Source: Patescibacteria group bacterium
Lineage (GTDB): Bacteria; Patescibacteriota; Microgenomatia; UBA8517
Length of the DNA stretch: 64,000 nucleotides
Reading direction: 5' to 3'
Assembly (NCBI GenBank): GCA_026416845.1
Contig: JAOAEL010000007.1
Span: 78-64,077, forward strand
Shown here piece after piece: positions 30,681-41,541 of this stretch. The notes under the pieces were generated by a model. The model was given only the letters and a program-made list of their open reading frames with translations, was not told the DNA's origin and made no database searches. Position 1 is the first letter of the stretch; each line of letters begins with the position of its first letter. The position numbers and the translations under genes are program-made.

Positions 30681-31469
30681 TTAATTACTAAAATGGCGGC
30701 TTGGTTAATTTCATTAAACTTTGCGAGTATTAATTCATTTATGGAATCTACTGGCTTTTCCTCTTTGCTTTTTATATATTTTTCAATATTTAACCGAGTC
30801 TTCAATCACTTTTGTTAAGTCTCTTACTTACACGGTTTTTGGATTTGAAGGAATGTTGCTACTTTCTATGACATATTTTTTTATAGCAAAAGTTTAGATT
30901 TGATGTATATAAAAATACATACAAATTATCTCAAGAATGTAATGAGTTTGGAAAGTTTTGTAGCTATTGACTAAGTTGGATGATTTGGGTTGGTGGTAGT
31001 AAAAACGAGGGGTCTGGGAATGTGAATATGCTGTTTTGAAATTTTAAAATTATTAACGATTTTAATAATTGTCTCAGTGAATTTGATAGTATCTTCAGCT
31101 TTCATATACTAGAGGCTATAGGAGGATATTTTTCCATAAATTTGGATTTGCTCTTTTTTTTGTCATCTTGACACGTTAAATGTTTACCAAGAAGTTTTTG
31201 TGATAATAACACAATTTGTTTATTTCTCTTTTGGATCTAACAAAAGTCCTGAATTGTTAATTGGCATTTTGATCGAATAAGATGTGTGAATGTTCACAGT
31301 TGATTTTCTCATTTTTACTATCAAAGAAAATTGCCTAAGAAGGTTACTTATTATGATTGTATTGAAATGAAACTTGGAGTCTCAGAAGATTTCAAATTCT
31401 GACTTTTGGTAATAAGAACTTTCGCTTGGGAACCAGAGTGGAGGAGGGAAACATGGATTGGGAAAGTTC

Positions 31470-31810
31470 ATACAAATTTGAGTACCTAGAAAGCATGATC
31501 TTGACAATGACTGAAAACATCTTATATTTTTTGCCGTAATAGGAAGAACTAACACACCATAAAACAAAGTTGCTAAAAAAAGGACTACAGGCAAAAAAAT
31601 ACAATTAAAAGAGAGTACTTTACATAATCCATTTTTTGTGTGTTAAGGTTGTCATAAATTAAATGTTAACAATTCTATTTTACATATCTAATGTTTCTTG
31701 TAAAGTATAATTTGAGATGCAATCCCCTTTCATCAAGGTGTTCTTGTTTGTCAACTAATACGACAGTTTCTTATCCTGCAAAGCAGGGTTTGATTCCATT
31801 TAGAGTCACA
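31470..31810 (+). repeat. Degenerate second copy of the tRNA-Glu locus (upstream leader plus the 3' two-thirds of the tRNA), about 2.65 kb downstream of the intact gene
   Basis: 31768-31810 aligns to the 3' 50 nt of tRNA-Glu at roughly 85% identity (shared core TCCTGCAAAGCAGGGTT). Similarity continues about 300 nt upstream: 31470-31545 versus 28826-28900 at about 75%. Confidence 0.55.
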
Positions 31811-32439
31811 ATTAATTTTTTTAAGATTAATTAAACGGTTCCAAATTAGATACAGTTTTTTTTGAAGGAAAAATTATTTGAAATTTAAAAGCTTCTGTAC
31901 ATGATTTAGCGTTTATAATACCTCAAATGATGTTTGGTTAAAAAGAATTATCTGTCTTGAAATAGAAGATCGTAATTCTACTAGATTTTGCATCAATTGA
32001 TTGGTTCACTTAGAAAGTTTTTCACTTCTGGCCGATTTTTGGGTTAAGTAGATTGGTATTGCGAATCAGCAATTATGTTAAAAAAAATGAAACATTTCAT
32101 TTCTTTTGGTATGCGAGCGGTGATGCAGATATCAAGATTTGATTGATGTTAAATTTCAAAAATGGTTTAACATCGCTGGTCATTTTTTTAGTATTTTGGT
32201 ATATCCTTCCCCTAGTATGTTCATATGTACTCAAGATTAAGACCTTTCACGTTAGATAGATAGCAGCGTTATATTAATGTATTTGGACTTTTTTGACCTG
32301 ACATAAATATGTTTATTCTGATTTGTCAGTTGATTTTTTGATTCGGACCAGATGAACTTTATGATTATAATAATTTAGTTTGGGCAGTGATGTTGAGTTG
32401 TTCACCGTGATCCAGGAAGCTAAAAATCATGTTGGTTGT

Positions 32440-33720
32440 TTAATATAGTTTGCCTATTTCTTCGTTTATTTTGTTGACATGACTTACTAAATTTTCCCCT
32501 GATATAGTATGAATTTCTATATGATTTGGCAAGTTGGTTGTATTCTTTGGTTTTCCATTTTGTCTATTTGCCACCATATCTTGGCAGTTAACAATTATTA
32601 GTTGCCCGCGAACGTTATGGCTTCTGCTAATCCAAGATCTCAAATCGAAGTCAGAAGGAACAGATGGGGTGAAAGACTCAAGAAAAGCCGGAACCACATG
32701 AGTAGTTTGCTCAATATAATGTTTTGGTGTTGTATTTCTTGCCTCATTTTCAAATTTGAGTTCAATAAAATCTATGTTAAGACTTGCTTCAAAAAAGATG
32801 AGTTTCACTGAATCTTCTAGTTTTTTGATTTTTTTTGACCTATACCAACCTGCAACGTTTTTCAAAGACATTCTTGCGATTTTAAAATTATGTAGCAGTT
32901 CTTTTATCATACTTGCTTGAGATGACCGAGAATCGTATGTAATAAATACACCATCCATCTGCTATGCTAGTTATTTGACGCATTTTATCTCCGCTTTTTT
33001 TATCTAGTAGAAACATGCGTATGCCTAAAGTTTGTTCAAACTTTCGTATGAGCGCTTCTCGTTCTGAAGGTTTTTGCATTGTTGCATCTAATTTTTTATC
33101 TCATTTATACTTGGAACTTGTCCAAGATTATATTGGTATAGATACATGACTAGCCTACAGTACCCAGCTTCTCTATTGTCCTTGCAGGCAATTTTGTAAC
33201 TTTCGTTTATTCCGGTTGCGGTAGATCTTTGAGTTGGAGTGTCAACCATATTCAAACCGGCAATGAAAGTCGCACTAATTTTTGGAATTGTAAACTATCT
33301 TTGAAAGTATATGATTGGCAATTTCATCAGCTAATTGATTAATTTCAATGATTAACTTAAACCATAGATTGGGATCATTTTCAATTACAGGTTGCCAATC
33401 TGCTTTTAATAGTATTGTCAAATAATCACTAGCAACCAAATTGGGTGATTCCAAGAATCTTTCTTGTGTTATTTTTTCTGCATATCTTTGGTACCTTTTT
33501 TTATTTTTTCTATTATTTGTTGTATGTTTTCTTTATTTTTAGTTCCTTCTAGACGTTGAATTACGGCAGTATGTCCGAGTTTACCTATCATTAGATGCAA
33601 TGTGCTTGGTATGCCTTCACAACCGGAAGGCAATTCTGTTCTTGTTTGCAGGTGAGATGGAGAAATTCCGGTAGCTATGTACAAATTTTGAACACTGCCG
33701 TTTCTTTCAGCTATTGACAT
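32440..33720 (-). pseudogene. Multi-frameshifted gene remnant of unknown function
   Basis: Three or four minus-strand protein-like frames abut with frame changes across 1.3 kb (ORFs 33469..33720, 32888..33079 and 32440..32958, plus an open stretch between them). No intact ORF remains and no family was recognised. Confidence 0.35.
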
Positions 33721-33837
33721 ACTGGAGAGTTTTTATGCGCAATGATATCTTTTTGAGATGAGAAATGAAATTTTAACCGAAATTATCAGAAATTATTTTT
33801 ATGGAGCGTTTTTTAAATTTTTCTGTTCTAGTGGATT

Positions 33838-35268
33838 TTAATGTAGTCCGGTCAAAAGTTTTGTTTTTGTTATGACTAAGTTTCTGGCTTCTTTTTGCAT
33901 ACGTTTTGCAAAGTAGGAAATAAATGGAGGGGCAACAAATGTGGTTAACACAATAACGATTACTATTACTGAAAATATCTCAGAGGATAAAACGCCCAAA
34001 CTTTTGCCAACAGAGGCAAAGATAAGTCCTACTTCACCTCTTGGAACCATAGAAATTCCGACTAGAAATTTTTCATTCCATGTTCCTTGCGCTACAAAAC
34101 CGGAGATAAATTTGGTTAAGATAGCCGCGATTCCAAGAATGAAAGCATAGAAATATAACTTAGGATTAAGCAGTGTCCCAAAGTCTATTTGTAGACCTGT
34201 GAACACGAAAAATATAGGCACTAAAACAAATCCTAGAGTATCTATCAAATCTTCAACATGGGTATGGCTATGTTTTTCGATAATTCTATTAACCCTTTCT
34301 TTTATTTTACTTTTTAATCCCTTAATTGCTGTTAAATCTTTTACAAATGATGGTTCACTGAAACTTTTGAAGTGGACAGCATCAAGCACTAAACCAGCGC
34401 AGAATGCGCCTATGATTGGAGCTAGCCCGGCAAGCGATGCCACATAAGCGTAAATTAAAGCAAATGAGAAAGCTATGCTTAGTTTCATTCCAACATTTGT
34501 GTTTATGTTGGCAAAAAAGTATGAAACAGATTTTGCAATCATATTGCCAAGCACTATGGCTCCTGCCAGAAACCCAAATGTTTTGAGAGCAAGAGATGTT
34601 ATAAGATTTATGTCTACTGTGCCATGTTCCGCTATTGCTGTTACTATTGCCAGAACGAAAAGACCTAGTACGTCATCGATTACTGCGGCTCCCAAGACTG
34701 TTTGGCAGGACACACATTTTAGAATTTTCAAATCAGAAAAAATGCTGGCAGTAATTCCAACACTTGTGGCTACAAGAGATGCTCCAATAAACATGTAAGT
34801 AACGTATGATTCATCCGGGAAAAGAATTGGTCCTAAAAAGTACGTGCCAACTAAAAATGGGGCGACGACTCCGGTTGTGGCTACTAAAACTGCTTTTAAT
34901 CCTACCTTGCTTAATTTGGCGATATTTGATTCAAGACCAATTTTAAAAAGTAGAATGATTGCGCCCAGTTCAGCAAGGAATTTAAAGACCTCCTGTTCAG
35001 GTATGAACTGCAATGGCTTGACTCCTAAGTAAGCAAATGCAGAAAGTGTGATACCAGCGGTTAGTTCCCCCAATACTGCAGGCAAGCCAATCTTTTCAAA
35101 AATACTCCCAATTTTGCCTGAGAGTAGCAAAACTGCAAATAGAAGAAGTAATATAGTACTTGAGTGGTTGTTGCCTACATCCTCGCTTGTAGCATAGGCT
35201 TGTTGCGGGAAGATAAATAAAATTATCAGAGAAATTAGGATCGAAAAATTTTTTATTTGTATCAACAT
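33838..35268 (-). CDS. Cation:proton antiporter (CPA/Na+-H+ exchanger family)
   Basis: 476-aa protein with about 12 TM helices and a Na_H_Exchanger-like glycine-rich pattern. Confidence 0.7.
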   Translation of the reverse strand: MLIQIKNFSILISLIILFIFPQQAYATSEDVGNNHSSTILLLLFAVLLLSGKIGSIFEKIGLPAVLGELTAGITLSAFAYLGVKPLQFIPEQEVFKFLAELGAIILLFKIGLESNIAKLSKVGLKAVLVATTGVVAPFLVGTYFLGPILFPDESYVTYMFIGASLVATSVGITASIFSDLKILKCVSCQTVLGAAVIDDVLGLFVLAIVTAIAEHGTVDINLITSLALKTFGFLAGAIVLGNMIAKSVSYFFANINTNVGMKLSIAFSFALIYAYVASLAGLAPIIGAFCAGLVLDAVHFKSFSEPSFVKDLTAIKGLKSKIKERVNRIIEKHSHTHVEDLIDTLGFVLVPIFFVFTGLQIDFGTLLNPKLYFYAFILGIAAILTKFISGFVAQGTWNEKFLVGISMVPRGEVGLIFASVGKSLGVLSSEIFSVIVIVIVLTTFVAPPFISYFAKRMQKEARNLVITKTKLLTGLH

Positions 35269-35706
35269 ATTTCTATATTTCTGAACACAAGTTAAATGTT
35301 ATCACTTTTGTCAAATTTAGGAAATAATAAATTGATTAATTAAATTAAGTCTTTTTTACGAAAATTAGAAAAAAAATCATAGTTAACATCTTAATTTTTT
35401 ATTTTAATTTTATTTAATTAGTACTTTGTTAGTACTTTATTAAAAAATTAAGAAAAATGAAAAAATGTATAAAGAATTTACCGAGTTGATTACCGAGTTT
35501 AAAGTAATAATTTCACCAAAGGCGGCAAGGATTATAACATGAAAAAACTTGACTAGTGTAATTTTAAATGTATTGTATGTAAAAGATTAAAATAAAAAAA
35601 TTTGACAACTATCAGTCCTAAAAATAAAAGATAGAATTTGATTGCAGATTTAGTTTAGTTGTTGTTTAAGTTTAGGTCATTATTCTTGTTTTTAGTTTTG
35701 TGCAAA

Positions 35707-36747
35707 TTAAGTAATGTTTGATTTGCTTTGATTTATCCTTAATTCAAATTCGTAATTTATTTTTATTTGGTATGGTATTTTCTTTGCGCAACTGAATTTT
35801 TGGTTGTAAATTCTTTCTTGGAAATTTTCGATTGTTCTTTTCAGTCCTTCTTTCAAGTCGATTTTTTGATTCCACCCTAAAGATTCTATTTTTGCAGTGT
35901 TAGGCAATCTTCTATCTAAATCGTGATTAGGTCTATCTATGTATTTAATTTTGCTTTTCGATTTAGTCATCTTTATTATAAGATTGGCCAGATTGTTAAC
36001 TGTGATTTCAGTTTTACCACCTATGTTGTAAATCTCACGTTTCTTGCCTTTTTCCATTGCAAGAATTAATCCTTTTACCGAATCGTCAACATAGCATAAA
36101 GCTCTAGATTGCGTGCCGTCTCCTTGTATTGTTATTTCTTCGCCAAGCAAAGCTTGTTTTATGAATCTTGGTACCACGCGAGTATCAGAAAGACTCATAC
36201 CCGGTCCATATGTGTTGAAAAAACGCACTGTAAGCGCATTAACATCATACTTGTCAACATACATAGCAAGAATAGTTTCTCCTATTCTTTTGCCTTCTTC
36301 GTAATTTGCTCTCCAGCCCTGAGGATCTACTAACCCAAGATCGTTTTCTGCTTGAGGAAAATAAAGTGGTTTGCCATAAATTTCCGCAGAGCTTGTGTAC
36401 ACGTACTTTGCTTTTTTCAGCTTTGCCAGTTTAAGAGTATTTTGCATGCCTGTTGTGCAGGCATTGATAATTTCTTCTCCGTATATTTTTATATTAGGAG
36501 GTCCAGTAGGGCATGCCAGATTATATATTCTGTCAATATTGATTTTAGAGAATGTTTTTAAAAACTCTGCCGACTCGATTGCGATTTGATAGAACTTGTA
36601 ATTTGGGTCTTTTAAGTATTTTTTGTAATTTTCCGAGCTTCCAGTAATCATTGAATCCACTACAAAAACTCTGTTTTTTGTTTTTAGCATTTGCTCAACT
36701 AAATTGGATCCTATGAATCCTGCTCCACCGGCGATTAATATATTCAT
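35707..36747 (-). CDS. UDP-glucuronate decarboxylase-like NAD-dependent epimerase/dehydratase (extended SDR)
   Basis: GAGFIGS Rossmann motif, catalytic YxxxK, and strong resemblance to UXS/ArnA-type decarboxylases. Confidence 0.7.
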   Translation of the reverse strand: MNILIAGGAGFIGSNLVEQMLKTKNRVFVVDSMITGSSENYKKYLKDPNYKFYQIAIESAEFLKTFSKINIDRIYNLACPTGPPNIKIYGEEIINACTTGMQNTLKLAKLKKAKYVYTSSAEIYGKPLYFPQAENDLGLVDPQGWRANYEEGKRIGETILAMYVDKYDVNALTVRFFNTYGPGMSLSDTRVVPRFIKQALLGEEITIQGDGTQSRALCYVDDSVKGLILAMEKGKKREIYNIGGKTEITVNNLANLIIKMTKSKSKIKYIDRPNHDLDRRLPNTAKIESLGWNQKIDLKEGLKRTIENFQERIYNQKFSCAKKIPYQIKINYEFELRINQSKSNIT

Positions 36748-37351
36748 AGCTTTTTATTTTGATTTGCAGATTTTGCAATTATACTATACTTTTAACTTTT
36801 ATTCGGTTTAATCAAATCTATAGTATAGATTTTGTTTTTAAAATTGGATTTCGCTTTTTTTTAATTAAATTTGTATATTTGTGTCAAGTTTAAATTGGAT
36901 CAAAGAACTTGAATTTTCGGAATTGTATCTTGTAAGTTCTATTTTGTTTGAAGTTTAAGCAAGAAACTGTTTTTTAGTCTAGCTGCTATTTTATTATGTT
37001 GTTATGTTATTGTTATTTTAAATTATTTAGTTTAGTTGGTTAGTTAGTTGGATTATTTAAATTAATAAAATAAATAAAAAAGTAGTAACAATAACAATTA
37101 GTTTGAGACACAAAAACGAAAATGGATCTTGACATTTTTCATGTATTAAATTAAAATACCAAGCACTATATTTTTTAAGATTTTCAATTTTTTCTCCCTA
37201 ATTAGACGTACATGCTACTGTAATAGTAGTAAAAAGAAGGTTTAAAAAAATTAAATTTAGGGTGTTAAAATCTAGTTCTCTTAACTAAAAAACTAAAAAA
37301 GCTTTTATTTTTTTATTAATTTTTAGCTATTTATTAGAATTAATTTAATTT

Positions 37352-37825
37352 ATGAGTGTATTTAAACAGCCAATAAAATTAACACAGCAAGGTTTTGACG
37401 CTCTTAAAGCTGATTTTGAAGAGTTGGTTAAAGTGAAAAGACCTGCTTTAGTTGAAAGATTGGCAAATGCCAGATCTCAGGGAGATTTGTCTGAAAACAG
37501 TGATTACCAAAATGCAAAAGATGAACTTGAATTTTTGGATGGTAGAATATCCGAACTTGAAGAAGTTATTAAAAGCGCTGTTATTGTATCTGCAGATGAT
37601 ACTAAGACAGCTGGCATTAAAGTTGGCACGAAAGTCACAGTAAAAGTAAAAGACACAACTCATATATATTTTATTGTAGGTGATTGGGAAGCGGATCCAA
37701 TCCAAAAAAAGATTTCTCATACTTCGCCTCTCGGGCAAGCTTTGATAGGCAAAAAGCAAGGTGAAAAAGTAGAAGTTGATGCGCCTGTTGGCAAATTGAT
37801 TTATGAGATTATCAGTGTAGAATAG
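37352..37825 (+). CDS. greA: Transcription elongation factor GreA
   Basis: Coiled-coil N-terminus plus an FKBP-like C-terminal domain at 157 aa. Confidence 0.85.
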   Translation: MSVFKQPIKLTQQGFDALKADFEELVKVKRPALVERLANARSQGDLSENSDYQNAKDELEFLDGRISELEEVIKSAVIVSADDTKTAGIKVGTKVTVKVKDTTHIYFIVGDWEADPIQKKISHTSPLGQALIGKKQGEKVEVDAPVGKLIYEIISVE

Positions 37826-37885
37826 CTTTTTAATTTAAAAAGCCTTCAAGTTTCTAAAGTTGTAATTTATTGCTAAAATAGCTTC

Positions 37886-39448
37886 ATGTACTGGGCAAAT
37901 AAAATTGCGGATGAAATAATTTCTTCTGGTAAGTATTATCCGTATTGGGTTGATGATATGAAAACTCCTTCGGGTTTAGCTCATGTAGGGTCTTTGATGG
38001 GTCCTGTGGTGCATAGCATTATTTATAGATCTCTTAAAAAAAGAGGAGTTGATGTTGAATTTACCTTTGTTATAAATGATTTTGACGCTGTTGATGGTTT
38101 ATCTGACGATTTAATTCCCGAGTATTCCAAGTATCTTGGTTTTCCATTAAAAGCTGTTCCTTCCCCGGATTCCAAGTTTCAGTCGATGGCTGATTATTAT
38201 GCTGATGATTTTATCAATTCTTTTAGGGTTTTAGGTGTTGAGGCGAAAATTTTATCTTCATGGCAAATGTATCATGAAGGAAAATTTGATAATGTGATAA
38301 AAACAGCTTTAGATAATAGTGAAAAAATTCGCAAAATATACAAAGAAGTTTCGGGTAGCGATAAAGAAAAAAAGGGTTGGTTGCCGTTTCAGGTTATTTG
38401 TGAGAAGTGTTCCAAATTAGGAACTACAAGAGTTTATTCTTGGGATGGCAAAAAAGTTAGTTATGTTTGTGAACCAAATCTGGTTGAATGGGCTCAAGGT
38501 TGTGGATATCAGGGTGAAATTAGTCCATTTGGGGGGAATGGCAAATTGCCTTGGAAAGTTGACTGGCCAGCGCATTGGAAAGTGATGGGAGTTACTATAG
38601 AGGGTGCTGGCAAAGATCATGCTTCAAAAGGCGGATCTTATGATATTGCGATGGCTTTGTGTGAGGCAGTATTTGATTTCCCTAAACCTTACAAATTGCC
38701 TTATGAATTTTTGTTGATAGGTGGTAAAAAAATGAGTTCATCTAAAGGGTTAGGGCTTAAAGCGCGTGATCTGGTCAAAATGCTTCCGCCGGTTATAGGG
38801 AGGTTTTTGTTTGCAAAGCATAATATAAAAAGGCAGGCTAATTTTGATCCCTATGGAAATATGGCAATACCTGAGCTTTTTGATCTTTATGACCAAGCGC
38901 AAAAGGCTTATTGGGAACAATCAGATGAAAATTTATCTGCGATGTTTGAATATTCGCAAATTACCAATAAGATGCCAAAGCCACATTTTGTGCCTAGGTT
39001 TTTGGATGTTGTTAATTACTTGCAAGATTCAAAAGTTGACATATATCAAAAATTTTCAGAATTAAAGGGCGACAAGCTTTCACTTGTTGAGAAAAAGGTT
39101 TTGAAGGAAAGAATTAAATATGCAAGAATTTGGATTTCCGGCTACGCTCCCAAAAAGCAGGTGTTTTTGCCTTCAGATACAATTCCGCCGGAAGTTAAAA
39201 ATTTGTCCAATGCACAATTGGAGTATCTTAAGTTGGTACTTGATTCGCTTGAATCGAATCAAAACCCTGAGGAATTTCAAACTGTTTTGTACAATCTGTC
39301 CAAACAAATTAATCTTCCCGCTAAAGAAGCGTTTGGCGCTATATATATTGCCTTAATTGGCAAACCTCATGGGCCAAAGGCGGCTTGGTTTTTGCTGGAA
39401 CATATTGAAGTGGCAAAAATGAGATTTAGGGAAATATTAAATCTATGA
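37886..39448 (+). CDS. lysK: Class I (archaeal-type) lysyl-tRNA synthetase
   Basis: N-terminal YWANKIADEI, a HIGH-like element (PSGLAHVGSL) and KMSKS as KMSSSKG. It aligns in my memory to Pyrococcus-type LysRS-I. Confidence 0.75.
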   Translation: MYWANKIADEIISSGKYYPYWVDDMKTPSGLAHVGSLMGPVVHSIIYRSLKKRGVDVEFTFVINDFDAVDGLSDDLIPEYSKYLGFPLKAVPSPDSKFQSMADYYADDFINSFRVLGVEAKILSSWQMYHEGKFDNVIKTALDNSEKIRKIYKEVSGSDKEKKGWLPFQVICEKCSKLGTTRVYSWDGKKVSYVCEPNLVEWAQGCGYQGEISPFGGNGKLPWKVDWPAHWKVMGVTIEGAGKDHASKGGSYDIAMALCEAVFDFPKPYKLPYEFLLIGGKKMSSSKGLGLKARDLVKMLPPVIGRFLFAKHNIKRQANFDPYGNMAIPELFDLYDQAQKAYWEQSDENLSAMFEYSQITNKMPKPHFVPRFLDVVNYLQDSKVDIYQKFSELKGDKLSLVEKKVLKERIKYARIWISGYAPKKQVFLPSDTIPPEVKNLSNAQLEYLKLVLDSLESNQNPEEFQTVLYNLSKQINLPAKEAFGAIYIALIGKPHGPKAAWFLLEHIEVAKMRFREILNL

Positions 39449-40011
39449 CACGAGAACAAGCGCTTAATTTTTTACATAAGCATGTCAAAAATCAGAACCT
39501 TCGCAGGCATTGCTATGCGGTTGAAGCTGTTATGCGAGCTCTGGCGAGAAGGTTTAATGAAAATGAAGAGGTTTGGGGAATAGCAGGCCTTTTGCATGAT
39601 GCTGATTATGAAGAGACAAAAGAAGATATGCGCGCAAAACATACCAAGTTGTTAATGCAGTGGCTTTTGGATTTTGCTGTTGATAGCGACATAAAGGATG
39701 CAATTCTTGCGCATGGTTGGGGATATGTTAATGACGCTCCTATGCCAAGAACTAAAATGCAATGGGCGCTTTATTGTTGTGACGAACTTACTGGTTTAAT
39801 TGTCGCGGTCGCTCTTGTTATGAAAGATAAGAGGTTGTCTTCTGTTTCTGTTGATTCGGTGGTCAAAAAATTCTCTGAAAAATCGTTTGCAAAAGGAGCA
39901 AATAGAGAACAAATAAAAAAGTGCGAAAGCGCTTTGGGGATACAGCTTAATGATTTTGTTAGTATAGCTCTTGCTGCAATGAAATCTGTTTCTCCGGAAT
40001 TGGGATTGTGA
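39445..40011 (+). CDS. HD-domain phosphohydrolase-like protein
   Basis: H...HD motif (LLHDADYE) at 188 aa. Confidence 0.5.
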   Translation: MTREQALNFLHKHVKNQNLRRHCYAVEAVMRALARRFNENEEVWGIAGLLHDADYEETKEDMRAKHTKLLMQWLLDFAVDSDIKDAILAHGWGYVNDAPMPRTKMQWALYCCDELTGLIVAVALVMKDKRLSSVSVDSVVKKFSEKSFAKGANREQIKKCESALGIQLNDFVSIALAAMKSVSPELGL

Positions 40012-40237
40012 GGAAAAATAAACTGAATATATTTATTCAGATTTTTTAACGATGAATTTATTATAACAATTAAATGTATTTGAATATACATATAAATTAA
40101 TGACAATTTATTAAAATTTACAAAATTTACATTTGGAATAATATTTGATATGTTTTTTGCCGAATTACCAAATATTGCCAAATATTGATTAATTTTGGTT
40201 TAGTTTATTTTGTTTAAATGTTTTATAATTTCGGAGT

Positions 40238-41500
40238 ATGTTAAATGTTCAATTTATTCGCGAAAATCCTGAAAAAGTCAAGAAAGGAGTTTCAGATAAA
40301 CAGTATGATGCTTCTTTGGTAGATAAAGTTTTGGTTATTGATAAGAAAAGACGTCAGTTAATACAAGAACTGCAGGATCTTCGTACAAAAAGAAATTCAA
40401 TTGCGAATGCTGTGAAAAATTCAATTGATAAAAGCGAACTTGTCGAAGAAGGGAAAAAAGTTAAAGAAGCAATTCAATTAAAAGAATCAGAATTAGCAAA
40501 GCTGGAGGAAGAATTTTTTGAGATTATGAATCAGATTCCTAATCTTCCCGCTCCTGATGTTAAAGTTGGCAAAAATGATTCAGAGAACGAGGAAATCAAA
40601 AAGTGGGGGGATATACCGCAATTTGATTTTGAGCCACTTGATCATCTTAGATTGGGTGCAAATCTTGGTATAATCGATTTTGATTCTGGCGCAAAAGTTT
40701 CTGGATCTCAATTTTATTATCTTTTTGGAGATGGTGCTCTTTTGGAACTTGCTTTAGTGCATTATGCTTTTGAAAATCTTATAAAAGAGGGTTTTGTGCC
40801 GGCGATTACGCCGGATTTGGCAAAATCAAGGTATTATCTAGGCACAGGATATCTTCCCAAAGGAGATGAAGCTCAAACTTATACTATAGAAGGTCAAGAT
40901 TTGGGACTTATTGCTACTGCGGAAGTAACTCTTGCTGGCAAGCACGCTGATGAGGTAATTCTGGAGCAAAATTTGCCAATCAAGTACGTAGGTTACTCGC
41001 ATGCTTTCAGGCAAGAAGCTGGCGCATACGGAAAGTACTCAAAAGGTTTATATCGTGTCCACCAGTTCACAAAAGTTGAGATGTTTATTTATTGCACTCC
41101 TTCTGAGTCAAACAAAATGCATGATTATTTGTTGGAATTAGAAGAAAAGCTTTATCAAGGCTTGGGATTACCTTATAGAGTTATCAAACAATGCACTGGC
41201 GATTTGGGAGCAATGGCGGCAAGAAAATATGATATAGAAGTTTGGATGCCGGGTAGAAATGATTATGGAGAAGTTACATCTACATCAAATTGTACAGATT
41301 ATCAAGCAAGGAACTTAAATATCAAGTACAGGACAAAAAATGGCAAAAATGAGTATATTCATATGCTCAATGGTACGGCTATTGCCGTATCCAGAACAAT
41401 AATTGCAATCTTAGAAAATTATCAGCAAAAAGATGGCTCTGTTTTGATTCCCAAAGCGCTTCAAAAGTGGATGGGCAAAGATAGGATAGTTGCAATCTAA
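40238..41500 (+). CDS. serS: Seryl-tRNA synthetase
   Basis: N-terminal coiled-coil arm and class II motifs at 420 aa. Confidence 0.9.
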   Translation: MLNVQFIRENPEKVKKGVSDKQYDASLVDKVLVIDKKRRQLIQELQDLRTKRNSIANAVKNSIDKSELVEEGKKVKEAIQLKESELAKLEEEFFEIMNQIPNLPAPDVKVGKNDSENEEIKKWGDIPQFDFEPLDHLRLGANLGIIDFDSGAKVSGSQFYYLFGDGALLELALVHYAFENLIKEGFVPAITPDLAKSRYYLGTGYLPKGDEAQTYTIEGQDLGLIATAEVTLAGKHADEVILEQNLPIKYVGYSHAFRQEAGAYGKYSKGLYRVHQFTKVEMFIYCTPSESNKMHDYLLELEEKLYQGLGLPYRVIKQCTGDLGAMAARKYDIEVWMPGRNDYGEVTSTSNCTDYQARNLNIKYRTKNGKNEYIHMLNGTAIAVSRTIIAILENYQQKDGSVLIPKALQKWMGKDRIVAI

Positions 41501-41541
41501 ATTTTACTTTGAGAAATTGACTTTTTCGGTTTTTTGATTTG

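Noticed and set aside
29186-31810. Simple attL/attR interpretation of the tRNA-Glu partial copy
   Set aside because: Similarity between the two copies extends about 300 nt upstream of the tRNA into the leader. An attachment-site duplication would not do this, so the region is described as a segmental duplication with decayed cargo.
32440-33079. Serine recombinase reading of the fragments ITYDSRSSQ and YYIRFSVISS
   Set aside because: The spacing does not fit the Y-x-R-V-S-T-x-x-Q catalytic motif. The putative motif also sits at the wrong end of the fragment. Identity is left open.
34199-35032. Plus-strand ORFs inside the cation:proton antiporter gene, and similar embedded ORFs in the SDR, secA, lon and lysK genes
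   Set aside because: These are shadow ORFs on the opposite strand or an alternate frame of confidently identified genes.
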